A stretch of DNA of 63,966 bases, counting the filler. It is 8 parts of 8 records of this genome, joined end to end, with 100 filler letters (N's around TTAATTAATTAA, not from the genome) between each part and the next. Parts side by side here need not be neighbours in the genome. Positions count along the whole stretch, not along the records: positions 19,679 to 25,190 come from SRR31156797_10479; positions 25,291 to 30,575 come from SRR31156797_10480; 6 more parts are not named here. One strand, 5' to 3'. Position numbers and translations under genes: made by a program. Of the stretch, positions 19,679-30,109 are shown piece by piece. The notes under the pieces are model-generated. The model searched no databases, had not been told where the DNA came from, and worked only from the letters and a program-made list of their open reading frames with translations. Each line of letters starts with the position of its first letter. Position 1 is the first letter of the stretch.

Positions 19679-20646
19679 CCGGTCCAAAGCAATTCTCCGG
19701 TGTTGCGGTTGTAACAATATACTTCGCGGCTTTCTTCGTCGGCACCTGCAACAAACAATTTATCACCCCAAATAACGGGTGAATTGAAGCCCATTTTTGG
19801 GACCTGAACTTTCCACTGAACATTTGTTCCGGCAGCTCCATCCCACTCCGTAGGTATATTTTTATGATAAATTATACCTTGTGCCAACGGTCCGCGAAAT
19901 GAATTATGATTTTTTTGAATTTCTGCTAAAAATCCATCTATGCTTGATGAAGCCGCTATTTCAACTTCTTCAGTTTCACTCTCTGCCAGTTGAACTTCAT
20001 TTGGTTCTGTTTGCTCAGTAATTGATTCAGACGATTGCTGAGGTTCTTCCAGTGCCGGTTCTGATATTGTATTTTCAGCACTTGTAATTACCGGACTTTC
20101 ACCTACTTCAATTACCTGAATTCCTTCATCTTCAGGTGAAATTTCATTCTGAGCGACATCATTTTCTGCATCGTAATAATTTAGATGGTCGACGGTAATA
20201 AATGAAGCTCCAAAAGCCAAAACCATCACCAGTGCCCCGATTATAATAATACCTTTTTGCGCCAGAATACGACTGGCAATTTCGTTTTCATGTTTTGTAT
20301 CGGGTTCCTCAATTTTTGATTTTAGGGAATAATACATTCGTAATGCCAAGGCCAGAACAATGGCTCCGAACAACAAAAGATATGCTCCGGTTTTTACCTG
20401 CCACTGACTGTTAAAATATGCCTTTCGAGCCAACAAATCGAAATTCCGTATTTCGAGTTTTAACTCTTCATTGTTTGACTCAACTTTTAACCTTTCCACC
20501 AATGCTTCCAGTGCTTTACTTTCAATGGGATCGTTTTTAGAAACCTGCCAAAAATTAAGCAATAATAATAATGCTACTGTAATACAAAATATGCCTGAAA
20601 CAACAGCAACATTTTGTGATAATTTGATTTTATCTTTTATATCCAT
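19679..20646 (-). CDS. Membrane-anchored PQQ-like beta-propeller protein (3'-truncated)
   Basis: Three TM segments, acidic linker, then SFRGP..W...WKV.VP..GFNSPVIWGDKLF..CY...TGELLW. Confidence 0.8.
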
Positions 20647-20659
20647 TTTGTTAATTGAT

Positions 20660-21922
20660 TTACTTTTCTACCGGACAAAAGTCCATACAACGCGCGCAAC
20701 TGTAACAATTCCCTTTATGTGGTTCATAATCCTGACGTTTTCTGAAAACCACAGTATTCAACAATGTCAAACCAATTACCAGCCCAATAAAGCCACCGGC
20801 AATCATGCTTCCTATATAAAATTTCTCACGAATAACTTCTGCTTCCTCAACGAGTGTTTCCATTGATTTTCCTGCCGCCAGGAAAGTTTGAATATCAATA
20901 TTATCGGGATCATTTTTTAATTCAGGTTGAGAAATTAAAAGTTCAGCCAGAAAAACATCCTGATTTGCTTTTGATAAAAACGTATGCGATTTTGCTCCAA
21001 CAAAAACACCGGCAGCAATCCATAATGGGATAACAACCGCGTATAAAATAAAACGTTTAGGTCCAAGACCTGATTTTATTACCTCTTTTTCGTTGGTAGG
21101 AAAATCGATTGCATCAAATGGGCAAGAATTTGCACACAACTTACATTGAATACAACTAGACGGTGTTATTGAAAGATGCCTTTTAGAAAATCTCGACATC
21201 CAGCTCAATAGAACTCCGTACGGGCATAAAAACCGGCAATACGGGCGAGCCACAAACATTCCCATGAGTAAAAAAACAATTCCAAGAATTATCATTATAA
21301 ACCTGGCATCCATTCTAAAGATCCCAATAAACGGGTCGTATCGACAAATGATAAAATCGGTACCGGTTGCAGCAAAAAGCACTGCCAATGCCAGATAAAT
21401 GTAAGGTAATAGTCCTAATGTTTTATTCAGCCATTTAGGTAAACTAATGGGTTTAATAATTACCAAATCCTGTATTGCTCCCAACGGACAGGCCCCTGCA
21501 CAAAATGTACGTCCAAAAAACAACGTAAAGATTAATGGTAATACAAAAAACAACAGTGCCGTTATGGAAATTGCATATGTGGGATCGAAAAAGGAAAGAG
21601 TAACATTTTGAATTGCCCCAATGGAACAAATACAGCCATTTCGGTAAAATCCAAAATACAGCAGAGTAAAAACTGAAAGCCACAAAATTCCCTGTCGCGA
21701 TCGTTTTTTTAATGCCAGCCAGGAAGCCAGAGAAAGAACAACCAGCAAAATCAGGACATCAAAATATTCCAGTTGCAATGCCCTGGGTTCCGGAGTAACA
21801 GTAGTTGGCTGTGTGTACCCCGTATCAAATTCTGGTTTAGGAAACCTTTGTTGCTGCGAATAAACAGATAAAGTCAGCAATAAAAAGGCAAAGGTATATA
21901 GTATAAATTTTAGTTTTTTCAT
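20660..21922 (-). CDS. NapH/MauN-like polytopic 4Fe-4S membrane protein
   Basis: GRTFCAGACPLG, RPYCRFLCPYG, CIQCKLCANSCP, CYSCARCMDFCP; likely start MKKLKF at 21922. Confidence 0.85.
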   Translation of the reverse strand: MKKLKFILYTFAFLLLTLSVYSQQQRFPKPEFDTGYTQPTTVTPEPRALQLEYFDVLILLVVLSLASWLALKKRSRQGILWLSVFTLLYFGFYRNGCICSIGAIQNVTLSFFDPTYAISITALLFFVLPLIFTLFFGRTFCAGACPLGAIQDLVIIKPISLPKWLNKTLGLLPYIYLALAVLFAATGTDFIICRYDPFIGIFRMDARFIMIILGIVFLLMGMFVARPYCRFLCPYGVLLSWMSRFSKRHLSITPSSCIQCKLCANSCPFDAIDFPTNEKEVIKSGLGPKRFILYAVVIPLWIAAGVFVGAKSHTFLSKANQDVFLAELLISQPELKNDPDNIDIQTFLAAGKSMETLVEEAEVIREKFYIGSMIAGGFIGLVIGLTLLNTVVFRKRQDYEPHKGNCYSCARCMDFCPVEK

Positions 21923-21941
21923 AATTGATTTGAGTCCGGTT

Positions 21942-22517
21942 TTATGCATCTGAATTTTTAGTCCAACCACCTTTAATATTGTATGCTTCGCTTGCCTTAA
22001 CTCTTTTTATTGCATCGGAAGGACACAATCTGGCAATCGAACATTCATTGCAGTTCAGGCAAATATCGTGCATGATTTGCAGGTGCATTGATCCATTTCC
22101 AAAAGAAGTACATCCTTTTACACATTTGCCACAACCGATACAAAGATCCTCGTTGATGTGATATTCAAAATAAGGCTCTTCAATAAAACGGCGTTCAATT
22201 GCTGCTGTAGGACAAAGTTGATTTTCGGCAGCAGTTGTTCTTGCATTTGCATCGGGTTTCAGATACCCTCCACATAAATCGCAGTAACCACACAAATCGA
22301 ACGCATGAACACATTTCACAGCCGATGGATTCATTACACATTCGGTAGCACAACGCCCACACTGAGTACATTCAAAGGGATCGATTTGCCACACATAATC
22401 GTCTTTAATGGCTTTACTTAACGACAATCCACTAACACCACCCAATGCTAAAGCCAACGATAATCTCGCTCCACTTTGCAAAAACTCCCTTCTGTTTTTT
22501 GATTTACTTTTTTCCAT
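21942..22517 (-). CDS. Tat-signal polyferredoxin (NapG/MauM-like)
   Basis: NRREFLQ Tat motif; CTQCGRCATEC, CGYCDLC, CIGCGKCVKGC, CLNCNEC...CP. Confidence 0.85.
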   Translation of the reverse strand: MEKSKSKNRREFLQSGARLSLALALGGVSGLSLSKAIKDDYVWQIDPFECTQCGRCATECVMNPSAVKCVHAFDLCGYCDLCGGYLKPDANARTTAAENQLCPTAAIERRFIEEPYFEYHINEDLCIGCGKCVKGCTSFGNGSMHLQIMHDICLNCNECSIARLCPSDAIKRVKASEAYNIKGGWTKNSDA

Positions 22518-22698
22518 CTTTTACCTCCTTTGCCTGTGGTAATTCACATTTTGTAAATACCCCACAATTATTGCATGTTGGAGAAACCGAGCAACTGGCA
22601 CTAACCTTATTATTTACAATAAGATAACCTGCCGAAGCGGTAATTCCGCCCAACATTAATAATCTTCCACCGGTTTTTAAAAATTCTTTACGATTCAT
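22504..22698 (-). CDS. Small Tat-like, four-cysteine protein
   Basis: MNRKEFLK, hydrophobic stretch, Cx5Cx2Cx5C; overlaps the next start. Confidence 0.75.
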   Translation of the reverse strand: MNRKEFLKTGGRLLMLGGITASAGYLIVNNKVSASCSVSPTCNNCGVFTKCELPQAKEVKDGKK

Positions 22699-22766
22699 GG
22701 TTTAAAGTCGGAAACCGGAATCAGGAAAAACTATTATTTTCATGCATCCGATTATCCATTAATTTT

Positions 22767-23726
22767 TTATTTAGGTTCAAAAACTCTAATAATTTTCTTA
22801 TCGAAATCGAGGGCATAAATATTACCCATACTATCAACAGCAACATCGGGAGCCTCACCTTCATCTTTGAATTTTGTAGGTGCTGCAACTACAGAATCAA
22901 ATTCACCCGACGGTTTATATACTTTTATTCTTACCAATCCTTTTTCGCTGGTTACAAAACTTCCATCGTTTAAAAAAGTAAAATGAGCTGGATTGCAACA
23001 TCCGCTGAATCCCTCGGTTTGCATACTCGTAATATCCCAGTGTTCCCTTAATTTTCCTTCGTAAGTATAATTCTCAAACGCATGTATTCCAGGATTTACC
23101 ACCCATAAATCGCCATATTCATTGATATCTATATCGAAATACGGACTTGGGATAATAAATCCGTGAATGGTTTCATATCCATTTTCCCCTTCAAATTCAT
23201 TTTGAATAATTCCGTCATCAGAAAACCGAATTACTTTTCGCATTCCTGCATCGGCAACAAATACATTTCCTTCGAAGGCTGAAATGGCTGTTATAAATGT
23301 ATTGTCTTCGGTCAATGTCCATTCCCCAATTTTATTTCCATCGGTAGAAAATACCAAAACCTGTTTTTCCAATGCTATGTATATTTTATCTTCAGCAACT
23401 TCAATTGTTTTTGGTTCTCCTTGCAGTTGAATCTCATTAAGCAGTTTTCCTGAAAAGTCGATTATTTTAATGCTGGCATCGCCTGCAACATAAATATTTC
23501 CGAATGCCACATCAATACCAGCCGGCATATTAAATCCGATTTTAAAATTTTTTGTCTCTTTATATGAAATTAGTTCAGGATCGATATTTTTGAATTCATC
23601 GATATTATATTCGTATGGATTTGCTTCGCTTTTATCAGGGCGACTTGAAATAAAATCGCCGATTATTATCCCCACAATAACGATTGCCAGAATTATCAGA
23701 AAAATTACGATTCCCTTATTTTTCAT
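22767..23726 (-). CDS. NHL-type beta-propeller with GCCNP motif
   Basis: N-terminal TM anchor; repeats IYVAGD, VFVADAG, DVAVDSMGNIYALD; FSGCCNPAHF. Confidence 0.75.
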   Translation of the reverse strand: MKNKGIVIFLIILAIVIVGIIIGDFISSRPDKSEANPYEYNIDEFKNIDPELISYKETKNFKIGFNMPAGIDVAFGNIYVAGDASIKIIDFSGKLLNEIQLQGEPKTIEVAEDKIYIALEKQVLVFSTDGNKIGEWTLTEDNTFITAISAFEGNVFVADAGMRKVIRFSDDGIIQNEFEGENGYETIHGFIIPSPYFDIDINEYGDLWVVNPGIHAFENYTYEGKLREHWDITSMQTEGFSGCCNPAHFTFLNDGSFVTSEKGLVRIKVYKPSGEFDSVVAAPTKFKDEGEAPDVAVDSMGNIYALDFDKKIIRVFEPK

Positions 23727-23761
23727 ATTATCGATTTTAAAATTTTCAAATCACTTCTTTC

Positions 23762-25186
23762 TTATGCATTCAAATCAATACAAACCATTGTAACGGCATC
23801 GCGTAGAATCAGGTATCCATTAGTAATTGCAAAGGGTGCCCATGCATCATGTCCATCTTCAAAAACTTTATACTGGTCGAGTTGAATATATTGGTCTATA
23901 CTGGGTCTTGCTATTGTTAACGTTCCATCATCATTCAGGATAAACAATTTATTATCGGCAATAAAATACGGGCCTAAACCAAACCGTACTTCTTTCCCAC
24001 TCGACCATATTACATTTCTCGTGTCGGAAGGGTTAACACAAATCATTTGATTCCTCAAAGCACCACCATCTTTTGGTAAAATTCCAAACAAATGGTTGTT
24101 CCAGTATATTGCTGTTTGTTGTTCGCAAGCTAAGCCCTCTTTAGGGGCATATTCATAAAGCAGTTCGATATTAAAATTTCCGTTATTTTCGGATAGTTGC
24201 AGCATCATACTTCCAGCTCCGTATCCTGCCGACATAAATATTTTTCCGTCGGGCATACAAACCGGTGAAGGAGCTACAACCGAATGATTCCAAGCCGGTG
24301 TTTCCCAAAGAATTTCTCCGGCATTTCTACCATCGGCAGCAACTGCAACCAAGCCTCCAATAGCGCTATATACGTACATTTTTTGTCCGCCATAAGTAAA
24401 TGGTATAACGGAAGAATGTGACATTAACCAGTTATTTGGATTTGGCGTTTCCCATAATTTTTCACCGGTTGCACAGTCGATAGCCACCATAAGTGCTTTC
24501 CCTCCTGTTGCTATAATTGCCACTCCATTGTCGATTAACGGACACTGTCCTGTGTACCAAAGTGGTACTTCCGATTCGTAGTCTTTAGCAACATCCAGTC
24601 CCCACAGCAAATTTGCTGATTCTCTTTCGAGGCACATAACATGGCACATTGGGCCCATTGTTAATATAAAATCTTCGGTTACTGCCGGAATGGTTCTCGA
24701 CATTCCATGATTTCTTTTTACATTGAGAGTGTACCCGCGAGCCCACATTTCCTTTCCATCGAGAACGGAAAAACAACGCAACATATCGGCACGTTTTTCT
24801 TCATCGTAATCTAAAACATATGCCAGTCCTTCATATATTGCAGCCCCCGAATGCCCTTCTCCCATTTCCATACTCCACATAATTTTTGGGCCTTCGGCAG
24901 GAAATTTATCAATTAATTTAACCGGCGATTTTGAAATATTGTCAAAATCACTCCCTCTGAATCGAGGCCAGGTTTCTGAAAGTTCGGTATAATCCGTGTT
25001 ATATTCCTGAATAATTTCGCCAATATTAACAACCTGAACTACTTCTCCTGAACCCCTGTTATCGGCACCTTCAGTATTAATTTCCAAATTGCGTGTAGGA
25101 TCGTTGTTTAACCACCAGAATATGATTATAAATCCAACAAAACTTATTGCCAGAAGCGTAATATTTATGGTTTTTTTAGTATTCAT
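23762..25186 (-). CDS. PQQ-like (BamB-type repeat) beta-propeller protein
   Basis: WPRFRG, GHSGAAI, DGKEMW, TGEKLWE, GEILWE Trp-docking repeats; N-terminal TM. Confidence 0.85.
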   Translation of the reverse strand: MNTKKTINITLLAISFVGFIIIFWWLNNDPTRNLEINTEGADNRGSGEVVQVVNIGEIIQEYNTDYTELSETWPRFRGSDFDNISKSPVKLIDKFPAEGPKIMWSMEMGEGHSGAAIYEGLAYVLDYDEEKRADMLRCFSVLDGKEMWARGYTLNVKRNHGMSRTIPAVTEDFILTMGPMCHVMCLERESANLLWGLDVAKDYESEVPLWYTGQCPLIDNGVAIIATGGKALMVAIDCATGEKLWETPNPNNWLMSHSSVIPFTYGGQKMYVYSAIGGLVAVAADGRNAGEILWETPAWNHSVVAPSPVCMPDGKIFMSAGYGAGSMMLQLSENNGNFNIELLYEYAPKEGLACEQQTAIYWNNHLFGILPKDGGALRNQMICVNPSDTRNVIWSSGKEVRFGLGPYFIADNKLFILNDDGTLTIARPSIDQYIQLDQYKVFEDGHDAWAPFAITNGYLILRDAVTMVCIDLNA

Positions 25187-25190
25187 GTTT

Positions 25191-25290
25191 NNNNNNNNNN
25201 NNNNNNNNNNNNNNNNNNNNNNNNNNNNNNNNNNTTAATTAATTAANNNNNNNNNNNNNNNNNNNNNNNNNNNNNNNNNNNNNNNNNNNN
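25191..25290. other. Artificial contig spacer
   Basis: N-run with TTAATTAATTAA. Confidence 0.98.
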
Positions 25291-25418
25291 CGGTCGTTAC
25301 ATTCTTCCATTATATATTGAATGAAATCGGATGCACCATTTTTGTTACAATAACCTTTGGCATCGCCGGCAACCCTATACGAGTTGCAAACTAAAATGTG
25401 ATAATCTGGTTTTTTCAT
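25291..25418 (-). CDS. Thioredoxin-like 2Fe-2S ferredoxin (N-terminal fragment)
   Basis: Hand translation MKKPDYHILVCNSYRVAGDAKGYCNKNGA...; a common nif neighbour. Confidence 0.8.
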
Positions 25419-25446
25419 CTGTGTTGATTTTTTTATAATTATTTTA

Positions 25447-25794
25447 CTATTTGCAGTTTCCGCTACAACCTGCTATTTGATCTATTTTGCAACTGCAGGG
25501 TTTTATCTCAATACCTTTACTTAACAGCGCTGCTCCTGGTTTGTCACCAATTTGTTTGGTATAAAGCGTCTTACAATCTTTAATTTTTTCGTAAACAAGA
25601 GACAACCTATCGGTTGAAAATTTATGTCCATCCGTTACCGGCTCCGCTGCCCCGCTTTGGCAATATGATGCAACTTCTCTTGTTTCAATAAATATCAGCT
25701 GACCAGCTTCTAATTCGTAAATCGTAAAACTGGTAGCTTTTCCAAAATGCTGATCTACAGTTTTTCCATCGGTAGTAGTAATGGCTATTTTCAT
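25447..25794 (-). CDS. NifB/NifX-family FeMo-cofactor-binding protein
   Basis: KIAITTTDGKTVDQHFGKATSFTIY. Confidence 0.88.
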   Translation of the reverse strand: MKIAITTTDGKTVDQHFGKATSFTIYELEAGQLIFIETREVASYCQSGAAEPVTDGHKFSTDRLSLVYEKIKDCKTLYTKQIGDKPGAALLSKGIEIKPCSCKIDQIAGCSGNCK

Positions 25795-25829
25795 TTTTCC
25801 AGATTTATTATTATTTCGTTTTTTAGGTT

Positions 25830-27089
25830 TTATCCGCAGCCGGTTCCTTTACCAGAGCACTCCGATCCGCAATTAAAAGCATCTGCCTTTTTCAGTGTTT
25901 TTAATTCTTTCCCCATGTAAACAGCATCTAAACCTTCATCAATCAGCCCGGTCATTTCAACGATTTTAATACCTGAACGTCCCATAATTGAAGATGGAGA
26001 AGGTCCGATTCCGCCAACCAACAAAGCCCTGCAATCGTTGATCTTATTTGCTAATTCCTGCCATCGCTCGTTACCCGAACCAGGCTCAGGAGTTGGTCGT
26101 TGTTCCACCATTCGATACCCGTTAGGGGTTTCTCTGAAAATGTATAACTGGGTAGCCTCACCCAAATGCTGATTCACCAGAAGCCCTTCGTGACTTGCAA
26201 CTGCAACATATGGTTTAGCAGTATCTACATTTACCGATAAATTTGAAACTTCGGATAAAATTCGTTTGGCTTCAGGATCGTCTTTTCCCAACATTCCTAC
26301 GGCATCAGCACGACAACGTGAACAATGGGTCATTGGAGGAAGGTGTTCTTTTATTCCTTTTCTTAACTCCTTCATCATTTCAGGTGATGGCTCCTCAAAA
26401 TCTTCAAACGGAGTCCCTTCAACCGGATACAATGGAATCGTATTCATCAGGTCAACACTGAATTCCTTCATCTTTTTAGCCACATCAACAACCACATTGT
26501 CGTTAATACCCGGCACAACAATGGTATTCACTTTTACAGTTATCTCAGCCCTTTTTAAAGCACGAATGGCTTCCATTTGATTTCTTAGTAAAATCTCAGC
26601 TGCCTGTTTGCCAAAATACCCACGTTTTTCAAAACGAACCCATTTATATAGTTTTGAAAGTGTTTCGGGTTCGGTACCATTCAGCGTAATAGTAACATGA
26701 CTTACCTCCAACTCCTTTAACTCATCCACATAAGGCAACACATTTAATCCATTTGAAGAAAGACAAAGAATCATTTCGGGAAATTCTTTTCGTATCAAAC
26801 GCAGGGTTTTCATGGTTTGGATAGGATTTGCAAAAGGATCGCCAGGACCTGCAATTCCCACTACCGAAAGATGTGGCATTTTTTCTTTTAAACGAATGGT
26901 ATAAGCCAATGCCTGTTCAGGCGAAAGAACCTCGCTTGTAACCCCCGGACGGCTTTCGTTTACACAATCGTAATCGCGTTTACAATAATTACAATGAATG
27001 TTACACTGCGGAGCAACCGGAAGATGCACACGGGCATATTGACCTTTGGCATCTTTGTTAAAACATGGATGTGTTTTTATGTCTATCAT
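25830..27089 (-). CDS. nifB: Nitrogenase cofactor radical-SAM protein NifB with NifX-like domain
   Basis: HPCF, RVHLPVAPQCNIHCNYC, NESRPGV, IAGPGDP, HCSRCRADA. Confidence 0.97.
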   Translation of the reverse strand: MIDIKTHPCFNKDAKGQYARVHLPVAPQCNIHCNYCKRDYDCVNESRPGVTSEVLSPEQALAYTIRLKEKMPHLSVVGIAGPGDPFANPIQTMKTLRLIRKEFPEMILCLSSNGLNVLPYVDELKELEVSHVTITLNGTEPETLSKLYKWVRFEKRGYFGKQAAEILLRNQMEAIRALKRAEITVKVNTIVVPGINDNVVVDVAKKMKEFSVDLMNTIPLYPVEGTPFEDFEEPSPEMMKELRKGIKEHLPPMTHCSRCRADAVGMLGKDDPEAKRILSEVSNLSVNVDTAKPYVAVASHEGLLVNQHLGEATQLYIFRETPNGYRMVEQRPTPEPGSGNERWQELANKINDCRALLVGGIGPSPSSIMGRSGIKIVEMTGLIDEGLDAVYMGKELKTLKKADAFNCGSECSGKGTGCG

Positions 27090-27180
27090 GGTTGTATATT
27101 TTTTGGTAGCATGTGGTGTAAGACATTAAGCTTAAACCAAAGCAACCTTTTTTTAGTTTTTACTTATTTTTTTTTGAACG

Positions 27181-28587
27181 CTACATGTATTTATAGCCTA
27201 CCGGTGAGATATTCTGTTTTTGCTCGATTAAGGCATTTACCACTTTATCGAATAGTTCCTGTGTCCCAGAATACCCCAGGTGCTTTATTCGTTGGCCTCC
27301 TACCCTGTCATGAACAGGAAATCCGACACGAACAATTGGGATATTTAATTCCCTGGCGATATAATAACCTTTACTGTGACCAAGTATGATGTCGGGTTTA
27401 TTGTCAAGGCTCCATTCGCGAATGCGCTCAAAATCATATCCTTCACGAACCTGTACCTTATCTTTATTTTCGGGGCAATATTTTTTTACTTCCTCTTCCA
27501 GTTTGCCACTTTCGCCACCAGAAGCTACCAATGCCAGTTCAATTCCAATTTCATCAAGAAAGGCTGCCATGGCTACAACAAAGTCTTCTTCGCCATACAC
27601 AATAGCTTTTTTCCCAAATACATATTTGTGAGCATCAACATAAGCATCAATCAGGCGTCCACGTTGTTTGCTGTATTTTTCGGGTATCTCAGAATCGGAA
27701 AGTTTTTGCAAAGCTTCTAAAAAAGCATCGGTTTGTATAATCCCAATTGGCATAGGAAGGTTAACCAAAGGCACTTCCATTTCATTTTTCAGGAACTGGG
27801 CTCCTGTTCTTGACAGCTTTTGGTTTTTTACCCGACCAGATAGTTTACCGTTATTTAAAATAGTCCCAAATTCGATGGAAGCCAAAGCGGAACCACTTTT
27901 TGCGACCTGCTCTTTAGACGTTCCTCCTTCAGGAATCCGATGGTAGGTATCCCAAACAGGATTGTCCAGACTCTCTGAATAATCAGGCATCATAATGGAT
28001 TCTATTCCAAAATCTGTAGTAACTTCTTTTAGAAAGCGTAAGTCTTCAGTAGAAACAAAACCGGGGAAAAGATTAATATGATTCTGGGTTAACTCTTTTT
28101 TTGCATAACGTTTTACAACTGATGCAACAGCTTCATGAAAACCATCGATATGCGTTCCCTGGTAACTTGGTGTTGAAGCCATTACAAAATCGGTTTCTAT
28201 TTCCGGATATTCTTCCAGAAAATGATATAAAAACAAGCTTACATCATCACCAATAGTTTCGCTTAAACAAGTTGAGGCAATACCTACAATTTCAGGTTTA
28301 TACTGGTTTATAATATTAAGAACCGCAGCCTTAAAATTTGCATCGCCTCCAAAAATGGTTGAATCTTCTGTAAAATTAGAAGAAGCAATATCAATTGGTT
28401 CTTTATAATGCGAAATCAGGTAGCGACGGATATACGTTGCGCAACCTTGCGAACCATGTATTAAAGGTACACATCCTTTAAATCCTTTGTAGGCCACACT
28501 AGCTCCCAAAGGAGAACATAGTTTGCAGGCATTTTGTGTTGCCTTGTAATTTTCCTGCTGTTTTTTTATGGTACTAAGTTCGAACAT
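27181..28587 (-). CDS. nifN: FeMo-cofactor scaffold subunit NifN
   Basis: NACKLCSPLGA, HGSQGCATYIRRYLISHYKEP, GFPVHDR; sits between nifE and nifB. Confidence 0.92.
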   Translation of the reverse strand: MFELSTIKKQQENYKATQNACKLCSPLGASVAYKGFKGCVPLIHGSQGCATYIRRYLISHYKEPIDIASSNFTEDSTIFGGDANFKAAVLNIINQYKPEIVGIASTCLSETIGDDVSLFLYHFLEEYPEIETDFVMASTPSYQGTHIDGFHEAVASVVKRYAKKELTQNHINLFPGFVSTEDLRFLKEVTTDFGIESIMMPDYSESLDNPVWDTYHRIPEGGTSKEQVAKSGSALASIEFGTILNNGKLSGRVKNQKLSRTGAQFLKNEMEVPLVNLPMPIGIIQTDAFLEALQKLSDSEIPEKYSKQRGRLIDAYVDAHKYVFGKKAIVYGEEDFVVAMAAFLDEIGIELALVASGGESGKLEEEVKKYCPENKDKVQVREGYDFERIREWSLDNKPDIILGHSKGYYIARELNIPIVRVGFPVHDRVGGQRIKHLGYSGTQELFDKVVNALIEQKQNISPVGYKYM

Positions 28588-28660
28588 CCGATTCTTTCAA
28601 TTCAATATATTTCATCCGATACAGGGATTATCCCTGTTTTTACATATATCCCCTGAGGGA

Positions 28661-29989
28661 TTATTTTACAAATTTCCACACCGGGCTTGTAACTGAGGCA
28701 TAAACTTCCTTGGCAAAGTTTAACATGCCCACATACCCGGCCAGAGCTTCTTTACGTTCGTGATTGTGATCGCAAAATCCAAGACCTAGTTTATGTGCTA
28801 TAGGACGCTCTTTCACCCCTCCGATAAAAAGGTGGGCACCTGTGAGTTTTACAAATTCAGAGAGTTCATTGGGATTGGAATCATCAACAATAATGGTTCC
28901 GTCGTCGCATAATTCTTTTAACAATTTGTAATCGTCGGCGTTACCTGTTTGCGAACCAACAACAACGGTTTTCATTCCCAATAAACGCAATGCTTTTACC
29001 AATGAAATGGCTTTAAATGCTCCGCCCACATAGATGGCTGCTTTTTTGCCTTCAAGCTTCTGGCGATACGGTTGTAGAGCAGGTAACAACTCCGAAATTT
29101 CGTTGGTTACCAACTCGCGAGCCTTTTGCATCATTTCATCATCATCGAAAAATTTGGCTACTTCGTAAAGTGCGTCCGACATATCTTCAATACCGAAATA
29201 GGAAACTTTCATAAAAGGAATGCCATATTTTTCTTTCATCTCTTTTGCCAGGTGGATAATTGAGCCAGAACATTGCACCACGTTTAGCGATGCTTTGTGC
29301 GCGCGTCGTATTTCTTCTACGCGACCATCACCCGTCATGCATGAAATAATTTCGACACCTAGTTTTTTGTAATATTCAGCCAATATCCACAACTCACCCG
29401 CAAGGTTAAAGTCGCCTAAAATATTGATTGAATACTTGGGAGCCTGATAAGCTTCATCTGTTCCCACCAACTTTGAAAGTGCACCACAAGCAATTTTGTA
29501 ACCGTCTTTTTTGGTACCGTTAAAACCTTCCGACATAACCGGAATTACATCAATTCCTTTTTCTTTTGAAACCTGGCGACATACAGCTTCCACATCGTCG
29601 CCAATTACACCAATTATACAGGTTGAGAAAACAAAGGCGGCTTTTGGTTTATGTTTATCGATTAAATCGTTAAGGGCATGGTATAATTTTTTTTCACCCC
29701 CAAAAACAACATCTTTTTCCTGTAAGTCGGTTGTAAAACTTAGTCGATGCAGCTGTGGTCCCGAAGAAAGTGAACCACGTATATCCCAGGTGTACGACGC
29801 ACATCCTACCGGCCCGTGAATAACATGCAAGGCATCAGCTATGGGGTAAAGGACTACCCGCGAACCACAAAAAACACATGCACGTTGCGAAACCGATCCG
29901 GCCAGACTTTTTTTACCACATGCTATTTCTGCGGTATCGGTTCCCTTGGTGAGTATCTGATTTTGGCGTTCTTTTAGAAATTGCGTCAT
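28661..29989 (-). CDS. nifE: FeMo-cofactor scaffold subunit NifE
   Basis: SQRACVFCGSRVVL, HGPVGCASYTWDIRGS, DHNHER. Confidence 0.95.
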   Translation of the reverse strand: MTQFLKERQNQILTKGTDTAEIACGKKSLAGSVSQRACVFCGSRVVLYPIADALHVIHGPVGCASYTWDIRGSLSSGPQLHRLSFTTDLQEKDVVFGGEKKLYHALNDLIDKHKPKAAFVFSTCIIGVIGDDVEAVCRQVSKEKGIDVIPVMSEGFNGTKKDGYKIACGALSKLVGTDEAYQAPKYSINILGDFNLAGELWILAEYYKKLGVEIISCMTGDGRVEEIRRAHKASLNVVQCSGSIIHLAKEMKEKYGIPFMKVSYFGIEDMSDALYEVAKFFDDDEMMQKARELVTNEISELLPALQPYRQKLEGKKAAIYVGGAFKAISLVKALRLLGMKTVVVGSQTGNADDYKLLKELCDDGTIIVDDSNPNELSEFVKLTGAHLFIGGVKERPIAHKLGLGFCDHNHERKEALAGYVGMLNFAKEVYASVTSPVWKFVK

Positions 29990-30005
29990 AAAATTCGAAT
30001 TAATC

Positions 30006-30087
30006 TGTCATTTCGGGGAGGAACGACAGAGAAACCTATTTGTTTGAAATAGATTTCTCGCCATCGTACCTCAGGATCGAAATGACA
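30006..30087. repeat. REP-like intergenic palindromic element
   Basis: TGTCATTTCG...CGAAATGACA termini with inner GAGAAACCTATTT / AAATAGATTTCTC stem. Confidence 0.7.
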
Positions 30088-30109
30088 TTAAGTAAAAATT
30101 AAAATTGCA

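Noticed and set aside
23762-25186. True BamB or classical PQQ alcohol dehydrogenase
   Set aside because: No lipobox or bam context, and I cannot see the dehydrogenase signature motifs; only the propeller repeats are supported
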